In this document: positions 36,838-46,856 of the stretch, piece after piece | Layout: the number at the start of each line of letters is the position of its first letter | How positions within the stretch are numbered: position 1 is the first letter of the stretch | From: Candidatus Fervidifonticultor secundus | Lineage (GTDB): Bacteria > Sysuimicrobiota > Sysuimicrobiia > Sysuimicrobiales > Humicultoraceae | Direction of reading: 5' to 3' | DNA: 64,000 nucleotides | NCBI GenBank assembly: GCA_031459385.1 | Contig: JAVKIP010000009.1 | Location: 59,419 to 123,418, forward strand | The notes under the pieces: model-generated | The model's database searches: none | What the model was told of the DNA's origin: nothing | What the model saw: the letters and a program-made list of their open reading frames with translations, nothing else | Position numbers and translations under genes: made by a program

Positions 36838-37398
36838 CTATAGCCGCACGACCAGTCCGGTGACGCCGGCCAGCACGCCGGCGAGCCCGGCCGCCACCCC
36901 CAGACGGTGGGCCTGTCGGGCCGGCAGCAGGCGCTCCAGCACCGTGACCGTCGCCAGGGCGACCAGGACCCAGCTGCCCATGGCACTGACCAGCATCATG
37001 GCGGCCATGAGCGCCCAGCAGCAGCCCAGGCAGAACCCCGCGTAGCGCACCCCGAACCACACCGCAGCTGCGCTGCCAGGGCGGTAGAACGTCTGGACGG
37101 TCGCCAGCGGCGCCCGACAGCGGCGCAAGCACGCGTGCTTCAGCGGCGTGAGCTGGTAGAGCCCGGCCGGAAGCAGCGCGCCGGCGCCAGCAGGCCACAG
37201 GTCGCGCGTCGCCCACACCGAGAGGCCGGCCGCCATCCACACGCCGAGGTAACCGGCCCACCAGAGGCCGAGGTAGATCTCCCGTGGCGGGGGGCCCTGG
37301 TGGCCCCGCCACACGGCCACAGCCACCGGCAGCGTGACCGGCACCATCAGAGCCGCCACCATCGCCGCCCAGCCACTCAGGAAGAGGAGGGGCGTCAC
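36838..37398 (-). CDS. DUF2182 predicted metal-binding membrane protein
   Basis: WAAMVAALMVP, AGLYQLTPLKHACLRRCRAP, CLGCCWALM. Confidence 0.85.
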   Translation of the reverse strand: MTPLLFLSGWAAMVAALMVPVTLPVAVAVWRGHQGPPPREIYLGLWWAGYLGVWMAAGLSVWATRDLWPAGAGALLPAGLYQLTPLKHACLRRCRAPLATVQTFYRPGSAAAVWFGVRYAGFCLGCCWALMAAMMLVSAMGSWVLVALATVTVLERLLPARQAHRLGVAAGLAGVLAGVTGLVVRL

Positions 37399-37415
37399 GG
37401 CGCCGTTGCCGGTGC

Positions 37416-38021
37416 CTACGGGCCGGCCAGGTCGAACACGCCGAAGAAGCCGCTACGTCCGGTGTGGTCCCAGTGGTGGCCCGCCCCGCGGAACCAGCTG
37501 GCCACGGCCTTGGCGACGTACACGGGGTCGACGAAGTGCATCGAGCCGCGGATTTCGGTGAGTCGGTCCGGCGTACCGCAGTCCAGCGCCTCAAGCGTGA
37601 AATCCATGACACCGGGAATCCAGAAGCGGCGCCCGCGCGGCCCGACGGTGCACCGCATAGGCGCGTACTCCACGCGCTGAACACGCTGGATCAGCCGCCC
37701 CGGAAACTTATAGGGCCCTCCGGCCTGACCGCTGAAGATGGCTTCCAGGGCCTCTCGTTGTGGCGGACTGGCCTGCTCGTCGATGTACAGAATCACTTCC
37801 ATGCGGCCGGTCCAGAAGTGACCGCCGACCATCAAGACCTGCACCGCCGTCAGCCCGACCAGCGACACCTCCCCGTAGTGTCCCTCGGTGATGTGGTACG
37901 CCTGCAGCGAGTGACACTCGCCATCGGTCGGCGGCGACCGGAAGACGCACGGGCAGGCGGTGACGCAGTTGCACGACTCGAAGTACTCACCGCGCACGCG
38001 CCAGGGAACCACCGTGCTCAT
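37416..38021 (-). CDS. DUF1326 protein
   Basis: WRVRGEYFESCNCVTACPC...PTDGEC, YIDEQASPPQREALEAIFSGQAGG. Usual partner of DUF2182. Confidence 0.85.
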   Translation of the reverse strand: MSTVVPWRVRGEYFESCNCVTACPCVFRSPPTDGECHSLQAYHITEGHYGEVSLVGLTAVQVLMVGGHFWTGRMEVILYIDEQASPPQREALEAIFSGQAGGPYKFPGRLIQRVQRVEYAPMRCTVGPRGRRFWIPGVMDFTLEALDCGTPDRLTEIRGSMHFVDPVYVAKAVASWFRGAGHHWDHTGRSGFFGVFDLAGP

Positions 38022-38027
38022 CGACGC

Positions 38028-39035
38028 TCACCGCCGCGGTTCCACGATCCGATCGGCGATCTCGTCGATTTTCTCCTGGCGGCGGACGACCGCCTGGTAG
38101 ACCTGCATGACCCGCTGCGTCACGTCGGCGGATACGTTCCGCGGGGGCAGCAGCGTCATGCCGGCGCCGGGGCGCATCTCGTAGTATCCGCCCGTGCGCC
38201 CCTTGAGGATCTGCTGGGTGATGTGCGTGTACGGCTTGGAGAAGTTGAACAGCAGCGAGGTGGTGAAGTGCTGGGGCGCATACGACGTCTTGTCCGTGTA
38301 AAACGTGGTGAGGAGCACTGGGCGCCGACTGGCGCTGGCAGCCTCGATGATGCCGACCTGGCCCAGGTTGACGCTCACCACGATGAAGTCCACCCCCACG
38401 GCGATCTGCGACTCGGCGGCCTGCCGGGCCTTGACGGGGTCATTCTGATCGCCGACGAACGTGTAGAGCACCTCCGCCCGCGGATTGTACCTGGCCGTGG
38501 CCTGGAAGATGGCGTTGATCGACGAAACGAAGTCGGGCAGCCGGATCCCGGCGATATAGCCGATCTTCTGGCTGCGGGTGGCCAGCGCTGCCAGCACGCC
38601 CAGCACGTAGAACCCCTCGTAGAACTTCCTCCCGATGTTCCACACGTTGGGCGGCAGGTTGGGCACCTGACCGCTGGACTCCATGATGAATACCGCATCG
38701 GGGAACAGCGGAGCCAGCTTCTGCACGATGGTCAGGTACTGTCCGCCGTGGAAAGCCACGATCCGGTAGCCGGCGTGCAGGTACTCCCGCGCCACACGCT
38801 CGGCATCGGCCACCGCCACATTTTCGGAGTGGGCTACGTCGACACCCAACGTCGTGCGCGCCTCCTGAAGCGCGTGGTAGCCGACGAAGTTGAAGTCGGC
38901 ATCCTGAATGGTGCCGGGCATGATCATGGCCAGCCGCGGCCGGGCCGGCCCGGCGTCTCCCGTCCCTCCCAGCAGGCCCGCCGCCAGCGTTCCCACCAGC
39001 AGCAGGACCGACAGTCCACGGACACAACGGTCCAT
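38028..39035 (-). CDS. BMP-family ABC substrate-binding protein
   Basis: Signal peptide, PGTIQDADFN, YVLGVLAALATRSQKIGYIAG. RBS GGGAGGAGG. Confidence 0.88.
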   Translation of the reverse strand: MDRCVRGLSVLLLVGTLAAGLLGGTGDAGPARPRLAMIMPGTIQDADFNFVGYHALQEARTTLGVDVAHSENVAVADAERVAREYLHAGYRIVAFHGGQYLTIVQKLAPLFPDAVFIMESSGQVPNLPPNVWNIGRKFYEGFYVLGVLAALATRSQKIGYIAGIRLPDFVSSINAIFQATARYNPRAEVLYTFVGDQNDPVKARQAAESQIAVGVDFIVVSVNLGQVGIIEAASASRRPVLLTTFYTDKTSYAPQHFTTSLLFNFSKPYTHITQQILKGRTGGYYEMRPGAGMTLLPPRNVSADVTQRVMQVYQAVVRRQEKIDEIADRIVEPRR

Positions 39036-39109
39036 CCTATCCTCCTCCCTTCGTGCTTCACCATACCGTGCGGCTCGCACACCTCTCCCTGTAACCGCAA
39101 GACACGGAG

Positions 39110-40048
39110 CTATGTCCGCGCCTCCCGGGCGTAGGCCCGGCCCAGGGCAGCCGGGGCCTCGGCGCCACGGAACACCCGCACCAGCACCACGATCGCGAAC
39201 AGGTACGGCAACATCAGCAGCGCTTGGGTGGGCACCGCACGGGTAACCAGCGCCAGCCGGAACTGTAGCGCCTCGACGTAGGCGAACAGCACTGCCCCGG
39301 CCAGCGACAGCCCTGGCCGCCAGCGGCCAAAGATGACCAGCATCAGCGCGATCCAGCCCCGTCCCGCGCTCATCCCCTCGGTAAACGTCCCCGTGATGGT
39401 CATGGGCAGCGTGGCGCCCGCCAGCCCCATGAGCGCTCCACCGACGACAGTGGCGCCATAGCGCAGCGCAAAGACGTTCACGCCTACAGCATCGGCCGCC
39501 CTGGGGTTTTCGCCGGCAGCGCGCAGACGCAAGCCCAGCGTCGTGTGCAGCAGCACGACGTGCACGGCCACCGCCAGCCCCGCCGCGCCGTAGACCAGCA
39601 CATGCTGCTGGAACAGGATCGGCCCTACCACTGGCAGCGTCGCCAGCGCCGGTACCGGAAGCGCCGGCAGGGTAGGAATGCGCTGCGGCGTGACCTGCAC
39701 GCCGATGAACAGCCGGTACAGCAGCGACGCCAGGCCCACGGTCAGTACGTACAGCACCAGCCCCACGGTGACCTGATCGCGCCGCAGGACGACGGCATAG
39801 TACGCCAGCAGCGCCGCCACGACCGCCCCGGCGGTCGCGGCGAGCAGCATGCCGGCCTCGAGCCGCCGAGTGAAGAAGACACCCAGGAAGCCGCAGACCG
39901 CGCCCAGCAAGAGCGTGCCCTCGATGGCCAGATTGAGTACCCCGCTGCGCTCGGTCAACAGCTCGCCCAGCGCCGCCAGCCCCAGCGGGACGGCCATCAC
40001 CACCGTCAGGCGCAGCAGTTCAGGGTCGACGAAAACCCCCAAGCTCAC
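39110..40048 (-). CDS. Nucleoside ABC permease
   Basis: GELLTERSGVLNLAIEG, RAAGENPRAADAVGVNV, GRGWIAL. Confidence 0.9.
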   Translation of the reverse strand: MSLGVFVDPELLRLTVVMAVPLGLAALGELLTERSGVLNLAIEGTLLLGAVCGFLGVFFTRRLEAGMLLAATAGAVVAALLAYYAVVLRRDQVTVGLVLYVLTVGLASLLYRLFIGVQVTPQRIPTLPALPVPALATLPVVGPILFQQHVLVYGAAGLAVAVHVVLLHTTLGLRLRAAGENPRAADAVGVNVFALRYGATVVGGALMGLAGATLPMTITGTFTEGMSAGRGWIALMLVIFGRWRPGLSLAGAVLFAYVEALQFRLALVTRAVPTQALLMLPYLFAIVVLVRVFRGAEAPAALGRAYAREART

Positions 40049-41139
40049 GAGCCCATGACCACCGTCTCGGGTCGCGGCGCGCGTCGCACGACCTCGCGCA
40101 GCCCCTCCACCAACAGCAGCACCAACAGGATCACCGCCTGGAAGACGAAGACCGCACTGGCGGGTAGTCCGATCGACCGCTGCAGCGAGTCGGACCCGAC
40201 GAGTAGCGCGGCCATCAGCAGCGCCGCCACCATGGCGCCCATCGGGTGCCGGCGCGCAATGACGGCGATGAGAATGGCCATGATGCCGTACCCGGGCGAC
40301 AGCCCCAGGATCAATCGCTGGTGGAAGCCTGTGACCTCGATGGCGCCCGCCAGACCGGCGAGCGCGCCCGAAAGGAGCAGGGTGATGACCGTGATGCGGC
40401 CCAGCGCGATGCCCCCCAAGCGCGCCGCCCTGGGGTTGTCGCCCACCGCGCGGATCTGGTAGCCTAGCAGCGTCCGCGCCAGCATCCACGCCACGGCGAC
40501 GCCGGCGGCCAGCACCAGCACGATGCCCGCGTGCGCGCCGCCGCGGAGCACCATCGGGAGTGCCGCAGCGGACGGAATGGGCCGGCTGATCGCCTCGCCA
40601 GCCACCGGGTCGTTCCACGGCCCGGTGGCGAGATACTCGGTGAGGAACAGCGCCACGAAGTTGAGCATGACGGTCACGAAGACCTCGCTGACCCCGGCGC
40701 GGGCGCGCAGCAGTGCCGGGGTGAGCACCCACAGGGCCCCGCCGGCCACTCCCGCCAAGAGCACCGCAACCACCAGCACCGCTCCGGGCAGCCCGATGCC
40801 GGCCAGCGCGAACGCCAGACCGGTGGCGGCGATGGCGCCTGCGTAGATCTGGCCGTCCACCCCGATGTTCACGTAGCCCCCGCGCATCCCGACCACCACG
40901 GCCAGGCTGCCGAGCATCAGCGGCGTCGCCTTGTTCAACGTCTGGGCGACCCCGCCAGCGCTCCCCACCGAGGCCCGGGCCAGCGTGGCGAAGGCGGCCC
41001 CCACGTCACCGCCCAGAAGCGCGATGACCAGGGCGCCGACCACCGCCGCCACCACCACCGCGACCACGTAGGCGGTGACGTCCGCCAGCGGTGCTGGGCG
41101 GCCGGCGGTGGCCAGGCCCGAGAGGGAGCGCACCGTCAT
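40045..41139 (-). CDS. Nucleoside ABC permease
   Basis: KATPLML, NIGVDGQ, TVMLNFVA, IRAVGDNPRAA. ATGA overlap with the ATPase stop. Confidence 0.9.
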   Translation of the reverse strand: MTVRSLSGLATAGRPAPLADVTAYVVAVVVAAVVGALVIALLGGDVGAAFATLARASVGSAGGVAQTLNKATPLMLGSLAVVVGMRGGYVNIGVDGQIYAGAIAATGLAFALAGIGLPGAVLVVAVLLAGVAGGALWVLTPALLRARAGVSEVFVTVMLNFVALFLTEYLATGPWNDPVAGEAISRPIPSAAALPMVLRGGAHAGIVLVLAAGVAVAWMLARTLLGYQIRAVGDNPRAARLGGIALGRITVITLLLSGALAGLAGAIEVTGFHQRLILGLSPGYGIMAILIAVIARRHPMGAMVAALLMAALLVGSDSLQRSIGLPASAVFVFQAVILLVLLLVEGLREVVRRAPRPETVVMGS

Positions 41140-42653
41140 ACGGCGGTTCCCACCATCAAGGCGCCGATCCGGTATGGGTCGTACGCCTCTTGCGAGAAGG
41201 TGCCGGTGAGGCGGCCAGCGGCCATGACCATCAGGCGGTCGCACAGCGCCATGAGCTCGTCCAGATCCTCGGAGACCACCAGCACCGCGCCGCCCCGCTG
41301 CCTGAAGTGGCGCAGCCGGTCGTGGATGAATCGCGTGGAGGGCACATCGAGGCCCCGCGTGGGGTTGAGCGCTACGAGCAGGCGCCCGCCTGCCCGCTCG
41401 GCCAACAGCAGGGCGCGCGCCACCAGGACCTTTTGGATGTTGCCACCTGACAGCGCCGCGGTGGGGATCTGCGGGCCTGGCGCGACGATCCGGTACGCGG
41501 CAATGGCCTCGCGCGCCAGCGCCTCGGCCTGGCGGCGATTGTACCGCCACCCGCGGAAGAGCACCCGGTGCAAGCCCAGCAGCAGCGTGTCGGCGAGACT
41601 CTGCCGGGGCAGGATGCCGTCCGCGAGCCGATCTTCCGGGACGAACGCGAGCCCCCGATCCAGGCGGGCTGCCACCGGCGCGTGCGTGATCTCCAGCCCA
41701 TCGAGCACAATCCGGCCGCCCGTCACCGGCCGGACGCCCACCACTGCTTCGGCGAGCTCGCGCTGCCCGTTGCCGGAGATCCCCGCGATCCCCACGAGCT
41801 CCCCCGACCGCACCATCAGGGACACGCCACGCACCGCCACACCGCCCCGGTGGTCCGGGACCACCAATTCCTGTACCTCCAGGATCGGGACGCCGCCCCC
41901 GGGGGGCCGGTCGGGCGCCAGGTCGGGCAGGCGCTCGCCGATCATGAGCTCGACCAGGCGTCCGGCGTCCGCCTCGTTGGCCGCCACCGTGGCCACCACC
42001 CGCCCCTGACGCATGACGGTGATGCGGTCGGCGGCAGCCAGCACCTCGCGGATCTTGTGGGTGATGAAGATAATGGTGACCCCGCCCCGGGTGACCTCGC
42101 GCAGAGTGGCGAAGAGGCGGTCCACCTCCCGGGGAGTCAGCAGCGTGGTCGGCTCATCCAGGATCAGCACCCGTGCCCCACGGTAGAGCGCCTTGAGGAT
42201 CTCTACCTTTTGCTGCACGCCCACCGGCAGGGCACGCGCGGGGGTGTCAAGGTCGACGGGCAGACCGTACCGGGCTGCCAGCGCCTCCACGTCGACACGG
42301 CGCTGCGCCCGACGGAGCAGCAGCCCGGGGCCCTCGCGGCCCAGCACAATGTTCTCTAGGGCCGAGGCGTGCCCCACCAGCTCGGAGTGCTGGTGCACCA
42401 TGCCGATCCCCAGGGTCACAGCGTCACGGGGCGAGGCAATGCGCACCGGACGTCCTTCCAACCGGATCTCGCCGGCATCGGCCCGGTAGAGCCCCGCCAG
42501 CACGTTCACCAGCGTGGTCTTGCCGGCACCGTTTTCGCCCAAAAGGGCGTGGATCTCTCCGGACCGCACCGCGACGTCGACGCCGGCCAGAGCTACCACG
42601 TCGCCGAAGCGTTTCCAGACTCCCCGCATCTCGACCAGGGGCCGTGTGCTCAT
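41136..42653 (-). CDS. Nucleoside ABC ATP-binding protein (two NBDs)
   Basis: GENGAGKTT, LILDEPT, GISGNGQ, LSGGNIQK, PTRGLD. Start could be 42683. Confidence 0.92.
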   Translation of the reverse strand: MSTRPLVEMRGVWKRFGDVVALAGVDVAVRSGEIHALLGENGAGKTTLVNVLAGLYRADAGEIRLEGRPVRIASPRDAVTLGIGMVHQHSELVGHASALENIVLGREGPGLLLRRAQRRVDVEALAARYGLPVDLDTPARALPVGVQQKVEILKALYRGARVLILDEPTTLLTPREVDRLFATLREVTRGGVTIIFITHKIREVLAAADRITVMRQGRVVATVAANEADAGRLVELMIGERLPDLAPDRPPGGGVPILEVQELVVPDHRGGVAVRGVSLMVRSGELVGIAGISGNGQRELAEAVVGVRPVTGGRIVLDGLEITHAPVAARLDRGLAFVPEDRLADGILPRQSLADTLLLGLHRVLFRGWRYNRRQAEALAREAIAAYRIVAPGPQIPTAALSGGNIQKVLVARALLLAERAGGRLLVALNPTRGLDVPSTRFIHDRLRHFRQRGGAVLVVSEDLDELMALCDRLMVMAAGRLTGTFSQEAYDPYRIGALMVGTAV

Positions 42654-42799
42654 CACCAGACGATCCCGGATCCTGCGGACCACAGAGTGGGTACGACGCG
42701 CAGCAGCCGCGGTCCTTGCGCGGCAGGGAAATCCGCGGGCGGGGCCTAATTTTTGACCGACTCCATTGTGGCTAACTCACCGCTGCAGAGGGACTGACC

Positions 42800-44065
42800 G
42801 TGGACCTGATCATCCGGCGGGCGACCACCATCGACGGACGGATCGTCGACATCGGCGTCGCCGGCGAACGGATCGCCCGCGTGATCCCGACGCTGGCGGA
42901 ACGAGCGCCCGAGGAGATCGAGGCGAACGGTGGGCTGGTGACGCCGGCTCTGGTGGAGATCCACATCCACCTGGACGCCGTGCTCACCGTGGGCGAGCCG
43001 CGCTACAACCAGACCGGTTCGCTGTTCGAGGGCATCGAGATCTGGAGCGAGCGTGTCAAGACGCTCTCGGCCGACGACGTGAAGCGCCGCGCCGACCGGG
43101 CGATCCGGTGGATGCTGGCCCACGGCGTGACCCACATCCGCACCCACGTGGACGTCTGCGACCCGGGCCTGGTGGCGCTGCGGGCGCTGGTGGAGCTGCG
43201 GGAGGTCTGGAAGGACGTCGTGACGATCCAGCTCGTCGCCTTCCCCCAGCAGGGCATCTATGCGTTTCCCGACGGCGAGGCGCTGCTGGCGCAGGCCCTG
43301 GCCCTGGGCGCCGACGTCGTGGGCGGCATCCCCCACTACGAGTGGACGCGCGAGGATGGCGAGCGCGACGTGAAGACCGCGCTGCGCCTGGCCCGCGAGC
43401 ATGGCCGGCCGGCCGACCTGCACTGCGACGAAACCGACGACGACCAGAGCCGGTTCCTCGAGCTGGTGGCAGCCGAGACGATCCGGCTGGGGCTGCAGGG
43501 GCGGGTGACCGCCAGCCATACCACGGCCATGCACTCGTACAACAACGCCTACGCGTACCGGCTGATGCGCTGGATGCGGGCTGCCGGCGTCCACATCGTC
43601 ACCAACCCGCTGGACAACGCGGTGCTGCAGGGCCGGTTCGACGGCTACCCGGTCCGCCGCGGCTACACCCGCGTCAAGGAGCTGCTGGCCCACGGCATCA
43701 ACGTGGCCCTGGGCCACGACTCCATCATGGACCCCTGGTACCCGCTGGGCGTGGGCGACCCGATCCAGGCCTGCTTCGTCATGGTGCACTACGGCCACAT
43801 GTCCGGCTACGAGGAGTTCCGGACCCTGCTGGAGATGGTGACGACCCGGGCGGCCGCGTGCTTCGGCCTGTCCGACTACGGCCTCGCCGAGGGCAGGCGC
43901 GCCGACCTGGTGGTCTTCGCCGCGCCCACCCCCATGGACGTGATCCGCACCCTGAGCCCGCGGCTGGCGGTCATCTCGGGCGGCCGCCTGGTAGCCCGCA
44001 CCACGCCGGCGCGCGCCGAGGTGCTGATCGGCGGCCGGGCCGAGGCGGTGAGCTTCCTCCGATGA
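42800..44065 (+). CDS. codA: Cytosine deaminase (bacterial CodA type)
   Basis: EIHIHLD, NQTGSLFEGIEIW, HCDETDDDQSRF, ASHTTAMHSYNNAY, GHDSIMDPWYPLG. Confidence 0.92.
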   Translation: MDLIIRRATTIDGRIVDIGVAGERIARVIPTLAERAPEEIEANGGLVTPALVEIHIHLDAVLTVGEPRYNQTGSLFEGIEIWSERVKTLSADDVKRRADRAIRWMLAHGVTHIRTHVDVCDPGLVALRALVELREVWKDVVTIQLVAFPQQGIYAFPDGEALLAQALALGADVVGGIPHYEWTREDGERDVKTALRLAREHGRPADLHCDETDDDQSRFLELVAAETIRLGLQGRVTASHTTAMHSYNNAYAYRLMRWMRAAGVHIVTNPLDNAVLQGRFDGYPVRRGYTRVKELLAHGINVALGHDSIMDPWYPLGVGDPIQACFVMVHYGHMSGYEEFRTLLEMVTTRAAACFGLSDYGLAEGRRADLVVFAAPTPMDVIRTLSPRLAVISGGRLVARTTPARAEVLIGGRAEAVSFLR

Positions 44066-44856
44066 GCACGCCTGCGGCGCGAGCCGGGCCGAGGTTGCCG
44101 CTGGGTGACCTGCGGTCGTGGGCGGTCTTCGCCGCCATCATGACCGGCGCGTGGGAGGTGGCCTCGCGCATCTACGCCCAGCCCTACCTGCTGCCTGCCC
44201 CCTCGGCCATCGCGCGCGAGCTGCGCGACAACGCCGGGCTGGTCTTCGGCTACACCTGGATCACCACCCAGGAGGTGGTGCTCGGCTTCTTGATCGGCGC
44301 CGCGGCCGCGCTGCTGGGTGCCATGGCCTTCATCTGGCTGCCCCGGGGGCTCGAGCAGTTCCTGTTCCGGATCGTGGTGACCCTGAACAGCACGCCCTTC
44401 GTGGCCCTGGCCTCCCTGGCCGTGGTGTGGTTCGGCCTGGGCCTGCGCAGCAAGGTGATCATCGCCGCCCTCTACACGTTCTTCGCGGTCCTCTACACCA
44501 CCCACAAAGAGTTCGTCTCGGTCGAGGTCATCCGCGAGCAGCTCATGGACGTCTACAACGCCACGTGGTGGCAGCGCATCGTCCTGCTGAAGATCCCCTC
44601 GGCGCTGCCCATCATCTTCGTGAGCCTCAAGGGCGGCGTGATGGCGGCGGTGAACGGGGCGATCGTCGGCGAGCTCTACGGTGCGTCGGAGGGCCTGGGG
44701 TACATGATCCTGGACTCGCGCTACGTGGCCAACACCACCCGGGTGTTCCTGGCCGCGGTGTTCTGTACCGTGATCGGGTGGCTGCTGCTCGGCGTCGTCA
44801 CCGTGGCCGAGCGGCTGGCGCTGCCGTGGCATGTCAGCATGGCGGAACGCCGGTAG
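44062..44856 (+). CDS. NitT/TauT-family ABC permease
   Basis: YLLPAPS, VWFGLG, GAIVGE, GLGYMI. ATGA overlap with codA. Confidence 0.88.
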   Translation: MSTPAARAGPRLPLGDLRSWAVFAAIMTGAWEVASRIYAQPYLLPAPSAIARELRDNAGLVFGYTWITTQEVVLGFLIGAAAALLGAMAFIWLPRGLEQFLFRIVVTLNSTPFVALASLAVVWFGLGLRSKVIIAALYTFFAVLYTTHKEFVSVEVIREQLMDVYNATWWQRIVLLKIPSALPIIFVSLKGGVMAAVNGAIVGELYGASEGLGYMILDSRYVANTTRVFLAAVFCTVIGWLLLGVVTVAERLALPWHVSMAERR

Positions 44857-44928
44857 GGGGTGCGCGCGGCACGGGCGGCCTGCCACGCCGGTCAACGTGT
44901 GCGGTGCACCAGCAAAGGAGGAGAAGCG

Positions 44929-45933
44929 ATGCGAAGCGCGCTAAGGCTCGCCGTGGCAGTGCTGGCGTGCGCCGTGATCCTGGGCCCCGCGCCCGTGCTG
45001 CGGGCGCAGGGCACGACCCGCGTCACGATCTTCGAGGCCTGGTTCATCCACAACGAGTCCATGGGGGATCCGGTTGCCGTCGAGAAGGGCTTCTACAAGC
45101 AGCTGAACCTGGACGTGAAGGTCGTGGGGGGCGGCCCGGGCCTGTCGCCCATCGAGCGCACCATGGCCGAGGCCAAGAAGGGCGTCATCGCCTTCGGCGT
45201 CGACTACCCGTACAACATCCTGGAGGCCCGGGAGAAGCAGAAGCTGCCCCTGGTCGTCGTCGCCCACGACTTCCAGAAGTCGGCCGTGCGGCTGCTCTCC
45301 TGGAAAGAGCTGAAGGGGCCCCAGGACATCTCGGGCACCGTCGCCACCTGGATCGGCTACGACAAGCAGATCAAGGCCGCCATCGGCCCCGACTGGGAGA
45401 AGAAGATCAAGATCGTGAACCAGCAGGGCGACCCGGCCACCATCGGCTCGTGGCTCAAGAAGGAGTACATCTTCGCCCACGCCATGGCCTACAACGAGGT
45501 CCTGGTGGCCAAGCGCACCGCCAAGGAGAAGTACTGGGTCTACGACTTCCCAAGCTTCGGCATCGACTGGCCCGAGAACGTGGTCTTCACCACCGAGGAG
45601 ATCGTGCAGAAGTACCCGCAGGCGGTGCAGGCGTTCGTCACCGGCCGCTACCAGGGCTACAAGTACGCCCTGGCCAACCGTCAGGAGGCCGTGCAGATCC
45701 TGCTCAAGTACAACAGCAACCTCAAGGGCGGCGAGGCCCACGAGCTGGAGGGCATGGACGCCATCGCCGCCATCATGATCACCGAGGGCTCGAAGAAGAA
45801 CGGCCTGGGATGGGTCGACCCGGCAGGCTGGGAGCGCGTGGCGCGGGACATGGTGCGCGCCAGGCTGCTGGCGGCCTCGACCGACCACAAGGCCGCCTAC
45901 ACCACGAAGTTCCCCAGCAAGGTGATGCCGTAG
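44929..45933 (+). CDS. NMT1/THI5-like ABC substrate-binding protein
   Basis: Signal peptide, VAVEKGFYKQLNLDV, GGPG. RBS AAGGAGG. Confidence 0.88.
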   Translation: MRSALRLAVAVLACAVILGPAPVLRAQGTTRVTIFEAWFIHNESMGDPVAVEKGFYKQLNLDVKVVGGGPGLSPIERTMAEAKKGVIAFGVDYPYNILEAREKQKLPLVVVAHDFQKSAVRLLSWKELKGPQDISGTVATWIGYDKQIKAAIGPDWEKKIKIVNQQGDPATIGSWLKKEYIFAHAMAYNEVLVAKRTAKEKYWVYDFPSFGIDWPENVVFTTEEIVQKYPQAVQAFVTGRYQGYKYALANRQEAVQILLKYNSNLKGGEAHELEGMDAIAAIMITEGSKKNGLGWVDPAGWERVARDMVRARLLAASTDHKAAYTTKFPSKVMP

Positions 45934-45937
45934 GAGC

Positions 45938-45971
45938 CCGGAGGGGAGGAGCAGCCGCTCCTCCCCTCCGG
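45938..45971 (+). terminator. Intra-operon hairpin after substrate-binding gene
   Basis: Perfect 15-bp stem CCGGAGGGGAGGAGC-agcc-GCTCCTCCCCTCCGG with no U-tract. Confidence 0.6.
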
Positions 45972-45983
45972 CGCACGCCGCCG

Positions 45984-46856
45984 ATGCGCCCCGCTGCGTC
46001 CGACGACGTGGTGATCCGCCTGGAGGGCGTCTCCAAGGCCTACGCGGTGGGCCGGGCGCCTGCCGCGGGGGCGACGCTCGACGTCGTGCACGACGTCTCG
46101 CTCGAGGTCCGCCGCCGCCAGTTCGTCTCGATCATCGGCCCCTCGGGCTGCGGCAAGACCACGGTGCTGTTCATGCTGGCCGGGCTGCGGGAGCCCACGG
46201 CCGGACGGATCGAGGTGTGCGGCCGGCCGCCGCGGGAGGCCGTGCGGGCGGGCCTCTCCACGGTGATCTTCCAGCAGCCGGTGCTCTTCGAGTGGCTCAC
46301 CGCCGAGGAGAACGTCTTACTGCCGCTGCGCATGCGGGACCCGCGGTGGTGGGCCTGGCCGCTGCGCCGCCACCGCCACCTGGCGCAGGCGCGCCGGGCG
46401 CTGGAGCTGGTGGACCTGGGCCCCTTCGTGGGCTACCACCCGGACAAGCTCTCGGGCGGCATGCAGCAGCGCGTGGCGCTGGCGCGCGCCCTCACGCTCG
46501 ACCCCCAGGTGCTGCTGCTGGACGAGCCCTTCGGCGCCCTGGACGAGATCACGCGTGACCGGATGAACCTGGAGCTGATCCGGCTCTTCGAGGACCGCCA
46601 GCTCACCATCGTCTTCGTCACGCACTCGATCGAGGAAGCGGTGTTCCTCTCCGACCGCGTGGTCGTCATGAGCCGGGGGCCCTCGCCGCGCACAGGGTCC
46701 AGCGTCGTGCGCGTCGTCGACGTGGACCTGCCCCACCCGCGCCATCCGGCCCTCAAAGACGAGGCCGCCTTCTTCCAGAAGGTGAAGGAAGGCCGCGAGG
46801 CGCTGCGCGAGGCGCAGGCGACCGGTCAGCCGAGCGCGGCGCTGGCCGCCCCGTAG
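45984..46856 (+). CDS. NitT/TauT-family ABC ATP-binding protein
   Basis: GPSGCGKTT, LSGGMQQR, DEPFGALDEITR, VTHSIEEAVFLSDR. Confidence 0.92.
   Translation: MRPAASDDVVIRLEGVSKAYAVGRAPAAGATLDVVHDVSLEVRRRQFVSIIGPSGCGKTTVLFMLAGLREPTAGRIEVCGRPPREAVRAGLSTVIFQQPVLFEWLTAEENVLLPLRMRDPRWWAWPLRRHRHLAQARRALELVDLGPFVGYHPDKLSGGMQQRVALARALTLDPQVLLLDEPFGALDEITRDRMNLELIRLFEDRQLTIVFVTHSIEEAVFLSDRVVVMSRGPSPRTGSSVVRVVDVDLPHPRHPALKDEAAFFQKVKEGREALREAQATGQPSAALAAP

Noticed and set aside
42684..42799. Purine or other riboswitch between the nucleoside ABC operon and codA
   Set aside because: AT-rich patch but no recognisable riboswitch consensus; the TTGACC has no well-spaced -10.
42766..46856. Apparent long fusions in the ORF track (42766-44856, 44118-46856; likewise 11046-13271, 10165-11955)
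   Set aside because: N-terminal parts are off-frame readings of upstream genes; real starts sit at RBS or stop/start overlaps.
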